Positions 1-8,649 of a stretch of 64,000 bases of DNA are shown here, in pieces. Source of the DNA: Candidatus Versatilivorator sp. (lineage in GTDB: Bacteria; Acidobacteriota; Terriglobia; Versatilivoradales; Versatilivoraceae); assembly GCA_965207735.1 (NCBI GenBank), contig OZ242296.1, forward strand, positions 2,976,001 to 3,040,000. Reading direction: 5' to 3'. Made by a program: the position numbers and the translations under genes. Every line of letters starts with the position of its first letter. The first letter of the stretch is position 1. The notes under the pieces are model-generated. The model saw only the letters and a list, made by a program, of their open reading frames with translations, had not been told where the DNA came from and made no database searches.

Positions 1-222
1 GCAGCCGTGCCGCACGGGTTCAGGTCCAGCTTCCGGGACTGGGCGGCCGAAGAGACGGATTATCCCCGGGAGGTGATCGAGGCGGCCCTGGCGCATGTCG
101 TCCGGAACCGGGTCGAGGCGGCCTATGCCCGCTCCGACCTGTTCGAGCGCCGGCGTCTCCTGATGAACGACTGGGCGCGTTATCTGGACCAAGGGATGGG
201 TTGCCCGCACCAGGTCCAGTAA
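1..222 (+). CDS. C-terminal end of a P4-like tyrosine recombinase/integrase (cut by the window edge)
   Basis: HGFRSSFRDW...EAALAH...AAYARSDLFERRRLLMNDWA contains the HxxR, H and Y catalytic residues typical of P4-type integrases. Confidence 0.92.
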   Translation, partial: AAVPHGFRSSFRDWAAEETDYPREVIEAALAHVVRNRVEAAYARSDLFERRRLLMNDWARYLDQGMGCPHQVQ

Positions 223-344
223 GGAATCCTCGCCCAAGGCCGGCCAAGGATCGAGCCACACCCGCAGGCCCACGGCCGTCAAGGCCAAGTTAACTGGAAT
301 GACCTGGCTCCAGATCTCCATTTTAACCTTCCCGAAGGGATCAC

Positions 345-457
345 GGTGGTGGGAGCGACCCCCAGGGGCAGGGGAAAGGTATGAATAAAGGCATGAATAA
401 CCTGACCCTGCCCCGTGGCGCATCAGCGGCCAAAACATGGGGGTCGCTCCCACCACC
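345..457. repeat. Nested perfect inverted repeats enclosing a short direct repeat
   Basis: 20-bp IR ggtggtgggagcgaccccca (345-364 / 438-457); inner 9-bp IR ggggcaggg (365-373 / 406-414); loop contains aaggtatgaataa and aaggcatgaataa. Confidence 0.85.
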
Positions 458-776
458 ATCACCCCCTACCGTGCGGCGCGCCGCCGGCCGGGCGAGCGGG
501 GGACACACGAGGCGCAGCCTCGCTTCGCTTTGTCGCATCAGACTCGGGAAATCCGTGTAGTCCCGCGTCTGATGAGGCGTTTCGGGAAAGCCTCTAACCA
601 CAGCGGCGAGGAAACACCCTCTGAGAGAAAAGCGTTGTGGTTGTCAAAAGTGTGCACCATCCAGGTGAATAACCTGGTCTCTGTAGAGTATTCACCCATA
701 CAGCGGCATCTGCTTGACCCCCGGAGGCGGAAATCGTTGATCGTTTCCGTGCCGTGCCGCATGGGCTCTGCTCGAC

Positions 777-937
777 CTTCCAGGACTGGGCGGGTGATGA
801 CGGACCACCTCCGGGGAGGTGATCGAAGCGGCCCTGGCGCATGTGGTCCGCAACCGGGTGGAGGCGGCCAATGCCGCTCCGACTTGTTCGAACGCCGGTG
901 TGTCCTGATGGACGACTGGGCGCGTTATCTGGCCTAG
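777..937 (+). pseudogene. Degenerate second copy of the integrase 3' end
   Basis: Closely resembles 30-188 (gactgggcgg...gaggtgatcga.gcggccctggcgcatgt.gtccg.aaccgggt.gaggcggcc...gactgggcgcgttatctgg) but has indels. Confidence 0.85.
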
Positions 938-2635
938 CCCGCATTTCTCACCAGAGGTAGGAAGCATCGGTTCTCGGAATCTGGTAAAATACTCTTGTCT
1001 AAGGAGTTAACCAGATTCTTAAAGGAGAACCGATGCCGACACAGTGTAACACCAAACCCCTGGAGTTTGAACCCCACGGCCGCCGCCGCGTGGTGGCTGA
1101 TTTCGACGGCGGTCCCATCACTTCCGATGCCGGCTCCCTGCTGTTGCGCCGGGTGGATCGGCGCTTATCTCTCTCCGACCAGGTGGCCGACTGTTTCACC
1201 GATCACCGCGACCCCAAGCGGACCCAATACAGCCTGCGCAAGCTCATCTCCCAGCGCATCGTTGGCATCGCCCTGGGCTATGAGGACCTCATCGACCACG
1301 ACCAACTCCGTCACGATCCCCTCATGGCCTTGGTCTCAGAGAAAGGCCGTCGTGGCGACTCGCCTCCCCTGGCAGGCAAGAGCACCCTCAACCGACTCGA
1401 ACACGCCCCCACCCAAGGCCCCACCCGCTACCACAAGATCGACCACGACTCCGAGGCCTTGCAAGCCCTCCTGGTCAAACTGTTTCTGCAAGCCCATCCC
1501 CAACCCCCCGATGAGATCATCCTCGACCTCGACGCCACTGACGATCCCCTCCACGGGGAACAAGAGGACCGCTTCTTCCACGGCTACTACCGAGGCTACT
1601 GCTACCTGCCCCTCTACATCTTCTCGGGCCGCCATCTGCTCTCGGCCCTGCTCAGACCCGCCAACATCGATGCCTCCGCCGGTGCTCTGGAGCAGGTCCA
1701 GCGCATCGTCTCCCGCCTACGGCGTGTCTGGCCTCAGGTCAAGATCCTGCTGCGGGCCGACTCCGGCTTTGCCCGTGAGGAGCTGATGGGGTGGTGTGAG
1801 CAGCATCAGGTCGACTATCTCTTCAGCCTGGCCCGCAACTCCCGCCTCCAAGACGCCATCGCCCCCGAGTTGGCTCAGGCCCAGGCCCTCTCAGACCAGC
1901 AACAGCAGCCCGCCCGGATCTTCACCGACCTCTCCTACCGCACTCACAAGAGCTGGTCCCACGAGCGCCGCCTGGTCGCCAAAGCCGAGGTCCTGCCCCG
2001 CGGCCCCAACCCCCGCTTCGTCGTCACCTCCCTGTCGGTCCAGGACTACCCCGCCCAGTTCCTCTATGAGAAAATCTACTGTGCCCGCGGTGAGATGGAA
2101 AACCGCATCAAGGAGCAGCAACTCGACCTGTTTGCCGATCGCACCTCCACCCACTCCTTCCGGGCGAATCAGCTCCGGCTCCTGATGACCTCTTTCGCCT
2201 ATGTGCTGGTGGAGGGCTTGCGCCGGCGGGCGCTGCAATCCACCTGCCTGGCCCGGGCCACCGTCGGTTCCATCAGACTCAAACTGCTCAAGATCGGCGC
2301 TCAGGTCACCATCTCGGTCCGTCGCATCAAGGTCGCCATGGCTTCCGGATGTCCTTACCAGAGGGAGTTCCGCATCGCTTGGGCTCACCTGCCTCCCTGA
2401 GGTGCCCTGACTTGACCGTCATCGCTTGTGTGTGAAAACGTGGCCACCCGGCTCGGTGGCAGAGGTGTCGCTGTTTTCCGGAAAAAACGCTACCTGAGGG
2501 TCCTCGGAGAGCCTCACAAGCCTTCGCTGTTGGCCTTGGCCTACCGATCCAGCCACCAACCTTGTTAAACTCGCCCTCAAACGCCTCCATGGCCCCTTTT
2601 ACCGCTCCTGTGCGAACTCTGGTGAGAAATGCGGG
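938..2635 (+). mobile_element. IS1380-family insertion sequence, copy 1 (complete)
   Basis: TIR cccgcatttctcaccagag / ctctggtgagaaatgcggg; CTAG duplicated at 934-937 and 2636-2639. Confidence 0.95.
1033..2400 (+). CDS. IS1380-family DDE transposase
   Basis: FDGGPITSDAG, LDLDATDDPLHGEQE, LRADSGF and YCARGEMENRIKE motifs. Confidence 0.95.
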   Translation: MPTQCNTKPLEFEPHGRRRVVADFDGGPITSDAGSLLLRRVDRRLSLSDQVADCFTDHRDPKRTQYSLRKLISQRIVGIALGYEDLIDHDQLRHDPLMALVSEKGRRGDSPPLAGKSTLNRLEHAPTQGPTRYHKIDHDSEALQALLVKLFLQAHPQPPDEIILDLDATDDPLHGEQEDRFFHGYYRGYCYLPLYIFSGRHLLSALLRPANIDASAGALEQVQRIVSRLRRVWPQVKILLRADSGFAREELMGWCEQHQVDYLFSLARNSRLQDAIAPELAQAQALSDQQQQPARIFTDLSYRTHKSWSHERRLVAKAEVLPRGPNPRFVVTSLSVQDYPAQFLYEKIYCARGEMENRIKEQQLDLFADRTSTHSFRANQLRLLMTSFAYVLVEGLRRRALQSTCLARATVGSIRLKLLKIGAQVTISVRRIKVAMASGCPYQREFRIAWAHLPP

Positions 2636-2903
2636 CTAGTGCCGCTCAGAGCTTGTCCAGTCTCATGCCGTCGGGGTGAGCTGCAACCCGATCATGTGAG
2701 CTCATGTAGGAAGTCCGACATACCCGGGCCTGTTGCCCTCGGTCCGGGCATTCGGGGGCGGGTTTCCATGCCGACGTGCAAATGAGCCGTTCGACCCGGA
2801 AGCGCGCCTGGGAAGTGTCGGTGACGTTTGGACCGATACTGACAGGATCAATCAGGCGGCCAAGGAACGTGTCGGCTACCCGACCAAGAAGCCGCTGGCA
2901 GTC

Positions 2904-4067
2904 TAGTGTCCTGACATTGAAATGAGTTTAATTAATTAACGTTGGCCAAAGCCTCTTTGGCTCGTTGAATCTTGGCGAGGATGGCTTCGCCTTTTGTATG
3001 CCATGTGTAGCGTTGAGGATCCGCGTTGCGGTCGGCCAGATAGGATTCGATGGCTCGAACCAGTTCGGGGACGCTGCGAAAACTGCCGTCGCGAATCACA
3101 TCGCTGGTAATATCGGCGAAGAAGCGTTCGACAAGATTCAGCCAGGAGCTTCCGGTCGGCGTGAAGTGGCAGTGGATGCGTGGATGACGGTCGACCCAAC
3201 GGCGGACATGTTCATGCTTATGAGTACTGTAGTTGTCGACAATGAGGTGAATGGCCAGGGCCTTGGGTGTTTCCCGTTCGATCTGCTTGAGGAAACGCAA
3301 ACACTCCACATGGGTGTGCCGCTGTTCAGTCCGGGAAATCAGCTTGCCGTCCAGGTAGTTGAGAGCCGCAAACAAGGTGATGGTGCCGTGTCGCTTGTAG
3401 TCATGAGTTCGGGTGCGAATGTGGCCGATTCCTAAGGGCAATCCCGGCTGACTGCGTTCCAGAGCCTGACACTGGGTTTTCTCGTCACAGCAGAGCACGA
3501 GCGCTTTCTCGGGAGGATCCAGGTAGAGACCGATGACATCCCAGAATTTCTGCTCGAACTTCGGATCTTTCGACAGCTTGAATGTACGCGTGCGATGAGG
3601 CTTCAAGTCGTTACGCTTCCAGATCGTGTGGACCGTGTGGCGCGAGACGCCGACTTCCTTCGCCATGCTGCGCAAACTCCATCGCGTCCGTCCCGGTGGC
3701 GGCTGGGTTACTTTCACGATGATTTGTTCGACTGTCTCCATGGGCACCCGCGGCTTGCGTCCCCGTCCCGCTTTGTCGTTCAAGCCGTCCAGGCCGGCGT
3801 GCTGGAAGCGCCTCGACCACTTGCTGACGCACGGCAAGCTGACGTTCAATCGTTGAGCCACTTCCTCGACCTTGACCCCTTCGCTCCGGAGCAGCACAAT
3901 CTCGGCGCGCAAGCTATCGCGCTTCGAACTCGTGCTGGAACTAACCCGGCGCTGTAACTCTCGACGTTCACCGGCTGTGAGCTTGAGGACTGTAATCGGA
4001 CGGGCCATGCCCTATACTATAGCATCGAATCATTATTAATAAATCTTAATTAGATGTCAGGACACTA
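2904..4067 (-). mobile_element. IS630-family element, single ORF
   Basis: TIR tagtgtcctgacat / atgtcaggacacta; TA duplication within a CTAG target. Confidence 0.93.
2932..4008 (-). CDS. IS630-family transposase
   Basis: N-terminal HTH; CCDEKTQCQAL, IVDNYSTH and SSWLNLVERFF (DDE triad). Confidence 0.95.
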   Translation of the reverse strand: MARPITVLKLTAGERRELQRRVSSSTSSKRDSLRAEIVLLRSEGVKVEEVAQRLNVSLPCVSKWSRRFQHAGLDGLNDKAGRGRKPRVPMETVEQIIVKVTQPPPGRTRWSLRSMAKEVGVSRHTVHTIWKRNDLKPHRTRTFKLSKDPKFEQKFWDVIGLYLDPPEKALVLCCDEKTQCQALERSQPGLPLGIGHIRTRTHDYKRHGTITLFAALNYLDGKLISRTEQRHTHVECLRFLKQIERETPKALAIHLIVDNYSTHKHEHVRRWVDRHPRIHCHFTPTGSSWLNLVERFFADITSDVIRDGSFRSVPELVRAIESYLADRNADPQRYTWHTKGEAILAKIQRAKEALANVN

Positions 4068-4169
4068 GAGCGTATCATCCGTGCGAGTTCGAACGAGGGC
4101 GATGTCGTGTTCGATCCCTTCTGCGGATGCGCGACCACGCTGGTAGTCGCCGAGACACTACAATCGCCT

Positions 4170-4382
4170 CGGCACTTGGGCCTATCTCGCCCCCCCATCC
4201 ATCGCGCCAAGCTGTTCGGTTGCTGCGAACGCAAGTTTGGGGTCGCACGCCCCCTTCGATCGCCTCGTCGACGAAGTAATGGAGCAGCCCTATCGCCAGG
4301 CCCGGAGCGTCTTCCGGATCGTCGACAAAGGCTCCTCCTATCGCGAACTCGCCTCGATTCGCTGGCTTCCCCAACGCTACTC
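4170..4382 (+). pseudogene. Internal fragment of a further IS630-type transposase
   Basis: Translates with shifts as WAYLA..HRAKLFGCCERKFG..PFDRLVDEVMEQPYRQARSVFRIVDKGSSYR, resembling the IS630 VFWIVDNGSSHR region. Confidence 0.65.
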
Positions 4383-4700
4383 CACCACGCGGGATGAAAA
4401 GCCGGGTCATAGGATCACTCCGCGGCGATGCGTCCCCGAAGCACTGGTCGCGACCGGCGATCCAATGCTGTTTTCCGCCCACTGCGACGGCTGCGCGGGG
4501 TCAGCACGCCGAAGGTTGGTTCGGGCGCGCCGGGTCGTCGCATACCTGCCGCGAAGGATAGGTTCGTTCCTCCGCGGCGAGTACGCCTTGGTTTCGCCTC
4601 GAACCACAAGTCTCAGAGAAAATCATCAAATTTATCCTCTTGCGGTGGACGAGTATCAATATAATAATGGTGCCTTCAACGACTCGAAAGGAGATCAGCG

Positions 4701-5477
4701 ATGAAAAGCATGCGCTTCCTACTGGTCCATTCGTTCTACTTGCTGGTCTTGGCCGGTTTCGCACTGGCGGACCAACTGATTCTCCACAACGGAACCGTTA
4801 TCGAGGGAACTTACCTCGGTGGTGACGCTCGGTCGGTCCGCTTTATCGGGCCGGACGGCAACGTCCAAACGTATTCCGTGGGGGACGTATCTGGGATTGG
4901 TTTCGGAACACCCCCGACGACCGCAGCTCCCCCGGTTCCCGGGCCTGTCCAGAGACAAGTGGCGCACTCGCCGACCGGCGTCACGGTACCGGCGGGGACG
5001 TTGATTACGGTTCGGCTGATTGACTCGATCGACGCCGACCTTACGGGAGTCGGCGAACGCTTCCGGGCGAGCATCGACGATCCCATTGTCGTGGGCAGCC
5101 AAGTTGTGGTCCCACGTTATGCCGATGCCACCGTGCAGGTGATGCGCGTCGAGCAAAGCGGCGCACTGAAAGGCAGCGATGAGGTTGCCTTGAAGATTTA
5201 CGACATTACCGTGAACGGGCAGAGCTACCACGTAGCCACGGCCTACGCCGAACTCAAAGGCAAAGGCAAAGGCCGCAAGACGATTCGGAACACTGCAATC
5301 GGCGGCGTCGGCGGGGCGGTCATCGGAGGAATTTTCGGTGGCAAGAAAGGTGCCGCGATTGGCGCTGGTGTCGGTGCTGGTACGGGCCTCGCCGTGTCAG
5401 CGGCGAGGGGAACCAAGCTCAAGATTCCGTCAGAGACCCGGCTCGAATTCGTGCTCCGTGCTCCCTTTGGGATCTGA
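4701..5477 (+). CDS. Secreted hypothetical protein with a TrbI-like beta domain and glycine zipper
   Basis: Signal peptide; VPAGTLITVRLIDSI; GGVGGAVIGGIFGGKKGAAIGAGVGAG; RBS aaggag. Confidence 0.8.
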   Translation: MKSMRFLLVHSFYLLVLAGFALADQLILHNGTVIEGTYLGGDARSVRFIGPDGNVQTYSVGDVSGIGFGTPPTTAAPPVPGPVQRQVAHSPTGVTVPAGTLITVRLIDSIDADLTGVGERFRASIDDPIVVGSQVVVPRYADATVQVMRVEQSGALKGSDEVALKIYDITVNGQSYHVATAYAELKGKGKGRKTIRNTAIGGVGGAVIGGIFGGKKGAAIGAGVGAGTGLAVSAARGTKLKIPSETRLEFVLRAPFGI

Positions 5478-5619
5478 GAGCGCATTGTCGCCCTGCCCTG
5501 ATTCTGTTCGGACGCTCGCAACTCACATTTCCAGTGAGATGACGAGTAATGATCGACAGGGGCCGACTATTTTCGGCCCGGTTCGACAGCGAGGAATGGG
5601 CGGAATTCCCCTGCTCGTC

Positions 5620-5976
5620 TTATCCTGAGACTGAGTACTTGGTAATCTCCCAGCTTCCGTCTTCTCTCTTACTCGCTACAAAGGTGACTGTATACTGATT
5701 GAGTCGCGTTCCATTGAGGTTTTGGGTCGTCCCGCTTCACAACGTGATGCCTCCGACCCGGAGGTATCCCCTCGAGTTACTGGCCACGCTGAAGGTGCCG
5801 ACAACGCTCCCCCCAACAGTCAGGTTGCATGAGCCATCGGGCTGAATCACTGTTCCCGCCGCGCAATTCACTGTCCCGCCAGTGTCTTTCTCAGGAATAT
5901 CCACCAACCGCCAGTTGGTTCTTGTGCTTGTTCCCTCGTTGCAGTTGACGGTCCCCGTTCCCGAAGTGAATGTCAA
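5620..5976 (-). pseudogene. Decayed paralog of the C-terminal Cys/beta domain of 6118-7221
   Basis: CAAGTVIQPDGSCNLTVGG...VGGITL*SGTTQNLNGTRLNQYTVTFVASKREDGSWEITKYSVSG* aligns with the neighbour's C-terminus; internal TGA at 5737-5739. Confidence 0.8.
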
Positions 5977-6117
5977 TTGGGCTCTTCAGCAATACACCGC
6001 CATCCGTGCACGTTCCGGATCAGGGCGGCAAGCACATTGAGCACCAAGTCCTACGGCGTGGCCTCTCGAAGCCGCCGAAGCCGAAGAACGGGCTTGGAGC
6101 CTTCAAGGACCTCGCCG

Positions 6118-7221
6118 CTACCCTGACACCGAATACTCGGTGATTTTCCAGCTTCCGTTTGACTGCTTGGAGGCCACGAAGGTGACCGTGTATCGGTTGA
6201 GCCGCGTGTTTCTAATTGTGTGGCTACTAGAGCTACACAAAGTAATGCCTCCAACCTTGATGCATCCCCTGGAATTTCTGTCTACCGTGAAGGTGCCGAT
6301 CTCACTGCCTCCAACCACCAGCTTGCACTCACCACCAGGTTGAATCACCTTGCCGACGCTGCAGCCCGCGGCTTCCCCGTTGTCGTCTCCTCCTCCGTTG
6401 TCATCGCCGGATGCCGACCCGAAATCTGCTCTGGTGGCGTAGGTCAAGGTGCCATCGTTTGAGCCATTGTCGACCTCGACGGCGTAGAAGAAGTGGTAAT
6501 CGGACTCAGCTGGCCCATTGGCCTCCCACTGGATGAAGCCATTGTCGACCGGGGTTCTGATGGATTTCTGTTGCCAAGATTGGGGCTTCAGGTCAAAGGT
6601 GATGGTTTGCAGGCGGGTTCCGTGGGCATCGAAGACCCATGCCTCGACCTCGCTTCTTTCGTTCTTGATGTTGAAGACGCCGATGTTGGTTCTCCGCGAC
6701 GAGTTGACCGAGATGCCCGGGTTGAAATGGGTCCCTTCCTCATCCGATGTGAGAGGCCCAATTCCATTGACGACCGTGGTGGAAAAACGGCCTGAAGGAG
6801 AGTCGGTGTAGACATCGGCCCAGACGACGAACTCGTATGGACTATCGCGGTCGTCGGAGCTGATCAAATAAATTGCCCCGCTTCCCGTGTGGTCGAAGAC
6901 CTGCTCCAAGAAATTGTCGAAGATCCGATATTGACCCGACTTGATGGCAAATTTCTTGGCTGAGCCAACTCTGCCGTTTTGGCTGAACAGGTATGTTGTG
7001 ATGTCATAGTCGTGCAAAGTCGGATTAAAGATCACGACTCGCGTCTTGAAGTGGGTGCCAAACCTTCCCGGCGCGTTCGCTGCCACGGGAATGATTGTTG
7101 TCCGTGAGCGCGTCAGTCCGCCGCCGACGTTGAATATTTCTCGCTCGAGGTGGGGAGATTCAGATATAGACGGGACGGCCAGAATCAGCACGGCCAGGAT
7201 ACAAACGATCAGCGTTTTCAT
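6118..7221 (-). CDS. Secreted hypothetical protein, two domains joined by a Gly/Asp linker
   Basis: Signal peptide MKTLIVCILAVLILA; IPVAANAPGRFGTHFKT domain; GDDNGGGDDNG linker; RBS ggagg. Confidence 0.8.
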   Translation of the reverse strand: MKTLIVCILAVLILAVPSISESPHLEREIFNVGGGLTRSRTTIIPVAANAPGRFGTHFKTRVVIFNPTLHDYDITTYLFSQNGRVGSAKKFAIKSGQYRIFDNFLEQVFDHTGSGAIYLISSDDRDSPYEFVVWADVYTDSPSGRFSTTVVNGIGPLTSDEEGTHFNPGISVNSSRRTNIGVFNIKNERSEVEAWVFDAHGTRLQTITFDLKPQSWQQKSIRTPVDNGFIQWEANGPAESDYHFFYAVEVDNGSNDGTLTYATRADFGSASGDDNGGGDDNGEAAGCSVGKVIQPGGECKLVVGGSEIGTFTVDRNSRGCIKVGGITLCSSSSHTIRNTRLNRYTVTFVASKQSNGSWKITEYSVSG

Positions 7222-7376
7222 GGTCCTCCCTATAGGGGGTTGGTGCTGGGTGCGATCCGGGGAGCCTCGTTCAGATAGGCCAACTTGACTTCCTGCTCCG
7301 TCCAGGGCTTGCCCGCTCTTCCCAGATACTCCCGGAGCTTCTTCTTCGCCAGGATGGCTTGGTTAAACAGATACTC

Positions 7377-8590
7377 TAGTGTCATGTCATTCTTGAACTG
7401 TCGTATACAGAGGTGTAGACTTCTCCAGTAAGGAGGAGTGTATGCCACGCATTCGATACAAAGTAACACTGACCCAGCAAGAGAGGCAACGGCTGGAGGC
7501 GATTACGACGCGAGGTCGGCACAGTAGTCAGAAGATACTCAACAGCCTGCTGCTGCTGTGCTGCGATGAAGGGAGGTACCAGAAGCGGAGGATGACCAAT
7601 CAGGCCATCTCGGATGTGCTGCCGGTCAGCATGAAGAAGATCGACCGGGTGAAGCGCCGTTTTGTGGAACAAGGTCTGGAGGCCGCTCTGGACAAGCGAA
7701 AAGCCGAGCGGAGCCATACCCGCAAGGCCGACGGTGATTTCGAGGCTCATCTGGTCGCGCTCAGTTGCAGCAAACCACCACCAGGACACGCCCGCTGGTC
7801 GCTGCGTTTACTGGCTGACCGCATGGTGGCACTCAACTACGTCGATGCCATTTCCCATGAAACGGTCCGTCGGGTGTTAAAAAAAACGAACTGAAGCCCT
7901 GGAAGAAGCAACACTGGGTGATTCCACCCGAAAGCAATGGCGAGTTTGCGGCGGGTATGGAGCAGGTGCTCGATGTCTATCGACGGCCTTATGATCGACT
8001 CCATCCCGTAGTCTGTATGGATGAATCACCTCGCCAGTTAATCCGAGAAACCCGGGCGGCCTTGCCAGCCCGACCCGGTCACACGGCCCGCTTTGACTAC
8101 GAATATGAACGTTGCGGCGTCGCCAGCGTCTTCCTGGCCGTCGAGCCCCTGTCCGGTCAGCGCATGGTCCGGGTCACTCAACGACGAACCCGGATCGACT
8201 GGGCACACTTTATCCGCGACATCGCCCGGTTCTGGTGGCGGGCAGAGAAAATTACCCTGGTGATGGACAATCTCAACACGCACACGCCCGGTTCGCTCTA
8301 CCAGGTTTTCAAGCCCGATGCCGCCAAACGGCTCTGGGATCGCTTCCGCTTCGTCTACACTCCCAAACACGGCAGCTGGCTCAATATGGCCGAGATCGAA
8401 CTCAATGTGCTGACCCGCCAGTGCTTGGACCGGCGAATCGACAACTTACCCGAGATGCAAAGCGAAGTCGCCGCTTGGCAGAGACTCAGAAACAATGCTA
8501 ATTCAACAATAGACTGGCAGTTCACCACCGGCGACGCCCGAATCAAACTGAAGCGCTTATATCCGACACTTTAGTTATGACATGACACTA
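7377..8590 (+). mobile_element. IS630-family element, two ORFs with a probable programmed -1 frameshift
   Basis: TIR tagtgtcatgtcat / atgacatgacacta; TA duplication within CTAG. Confidence 0.93.
7442..8574 (+). CDS. IS630 transposase: OrfA 7442-7894 and OrfB to 8574, joined at an A-run near 7879-7887
   Basis: OrfA HTH ends VLKKTN*; the shifted frame reads KKNELKPWKKQHWVIPP...CMDE...VMDNLNTH...SWLNMAEIE. Confidence 0.9.
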
Positions 8591-8592
8591 GT

Positions 8593-8649
8593 CCGAAGTT
8601 CCCCCCATTGTACGCCCAAAAAATCGCCTTAAGCCATTTGTTTTCTTAG
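8593..8649 (+). mobile_element. Isolated left end of the IS1634 type found complete at 38218-40146
   Basis: ccgaagttccccccattgtacgcccaaaaaatcgccttaagccatttgttttctt nearly equals the reverse complement of 40092-40146. Confidence 0.85.

Larger units (their letters stand above)
2815..4165 (+). pseudogene. N4/N6 DNA methyltransferase fragment, interrupted by IS630 and frameshifted
   Basis: Left of the IS: GDVWTDTDRINQAAKERVGYPTKKPLA. Right of the IS: LERIIRASSNEGDVVFDPFCGCATTLVVAETL (SAM-binding DPFxGxxTT motif). Confidence 0.85.

Noticed and set aside
438-465. tRNA 3'-end-like ggggtcgctcccaccacca
   Set aside because: No TTCGA T-loop or cloverleaf; it is one arm of the inverted repeat.
570-620. 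Hammerhead-like CTGATGA...GAAA
   Set aside because: GAAA does not directly follow a closed stem II, and no convincing stems I/III or cleavage triplet could be built.
5737-5739. TGA aligned to Cys in the paralog (possible selenocysteine)
   Set aside because: A neighbouring Cys is also mutated (to Tyr), the 5' end is missing and no SECIS is evident; decay is more likely.
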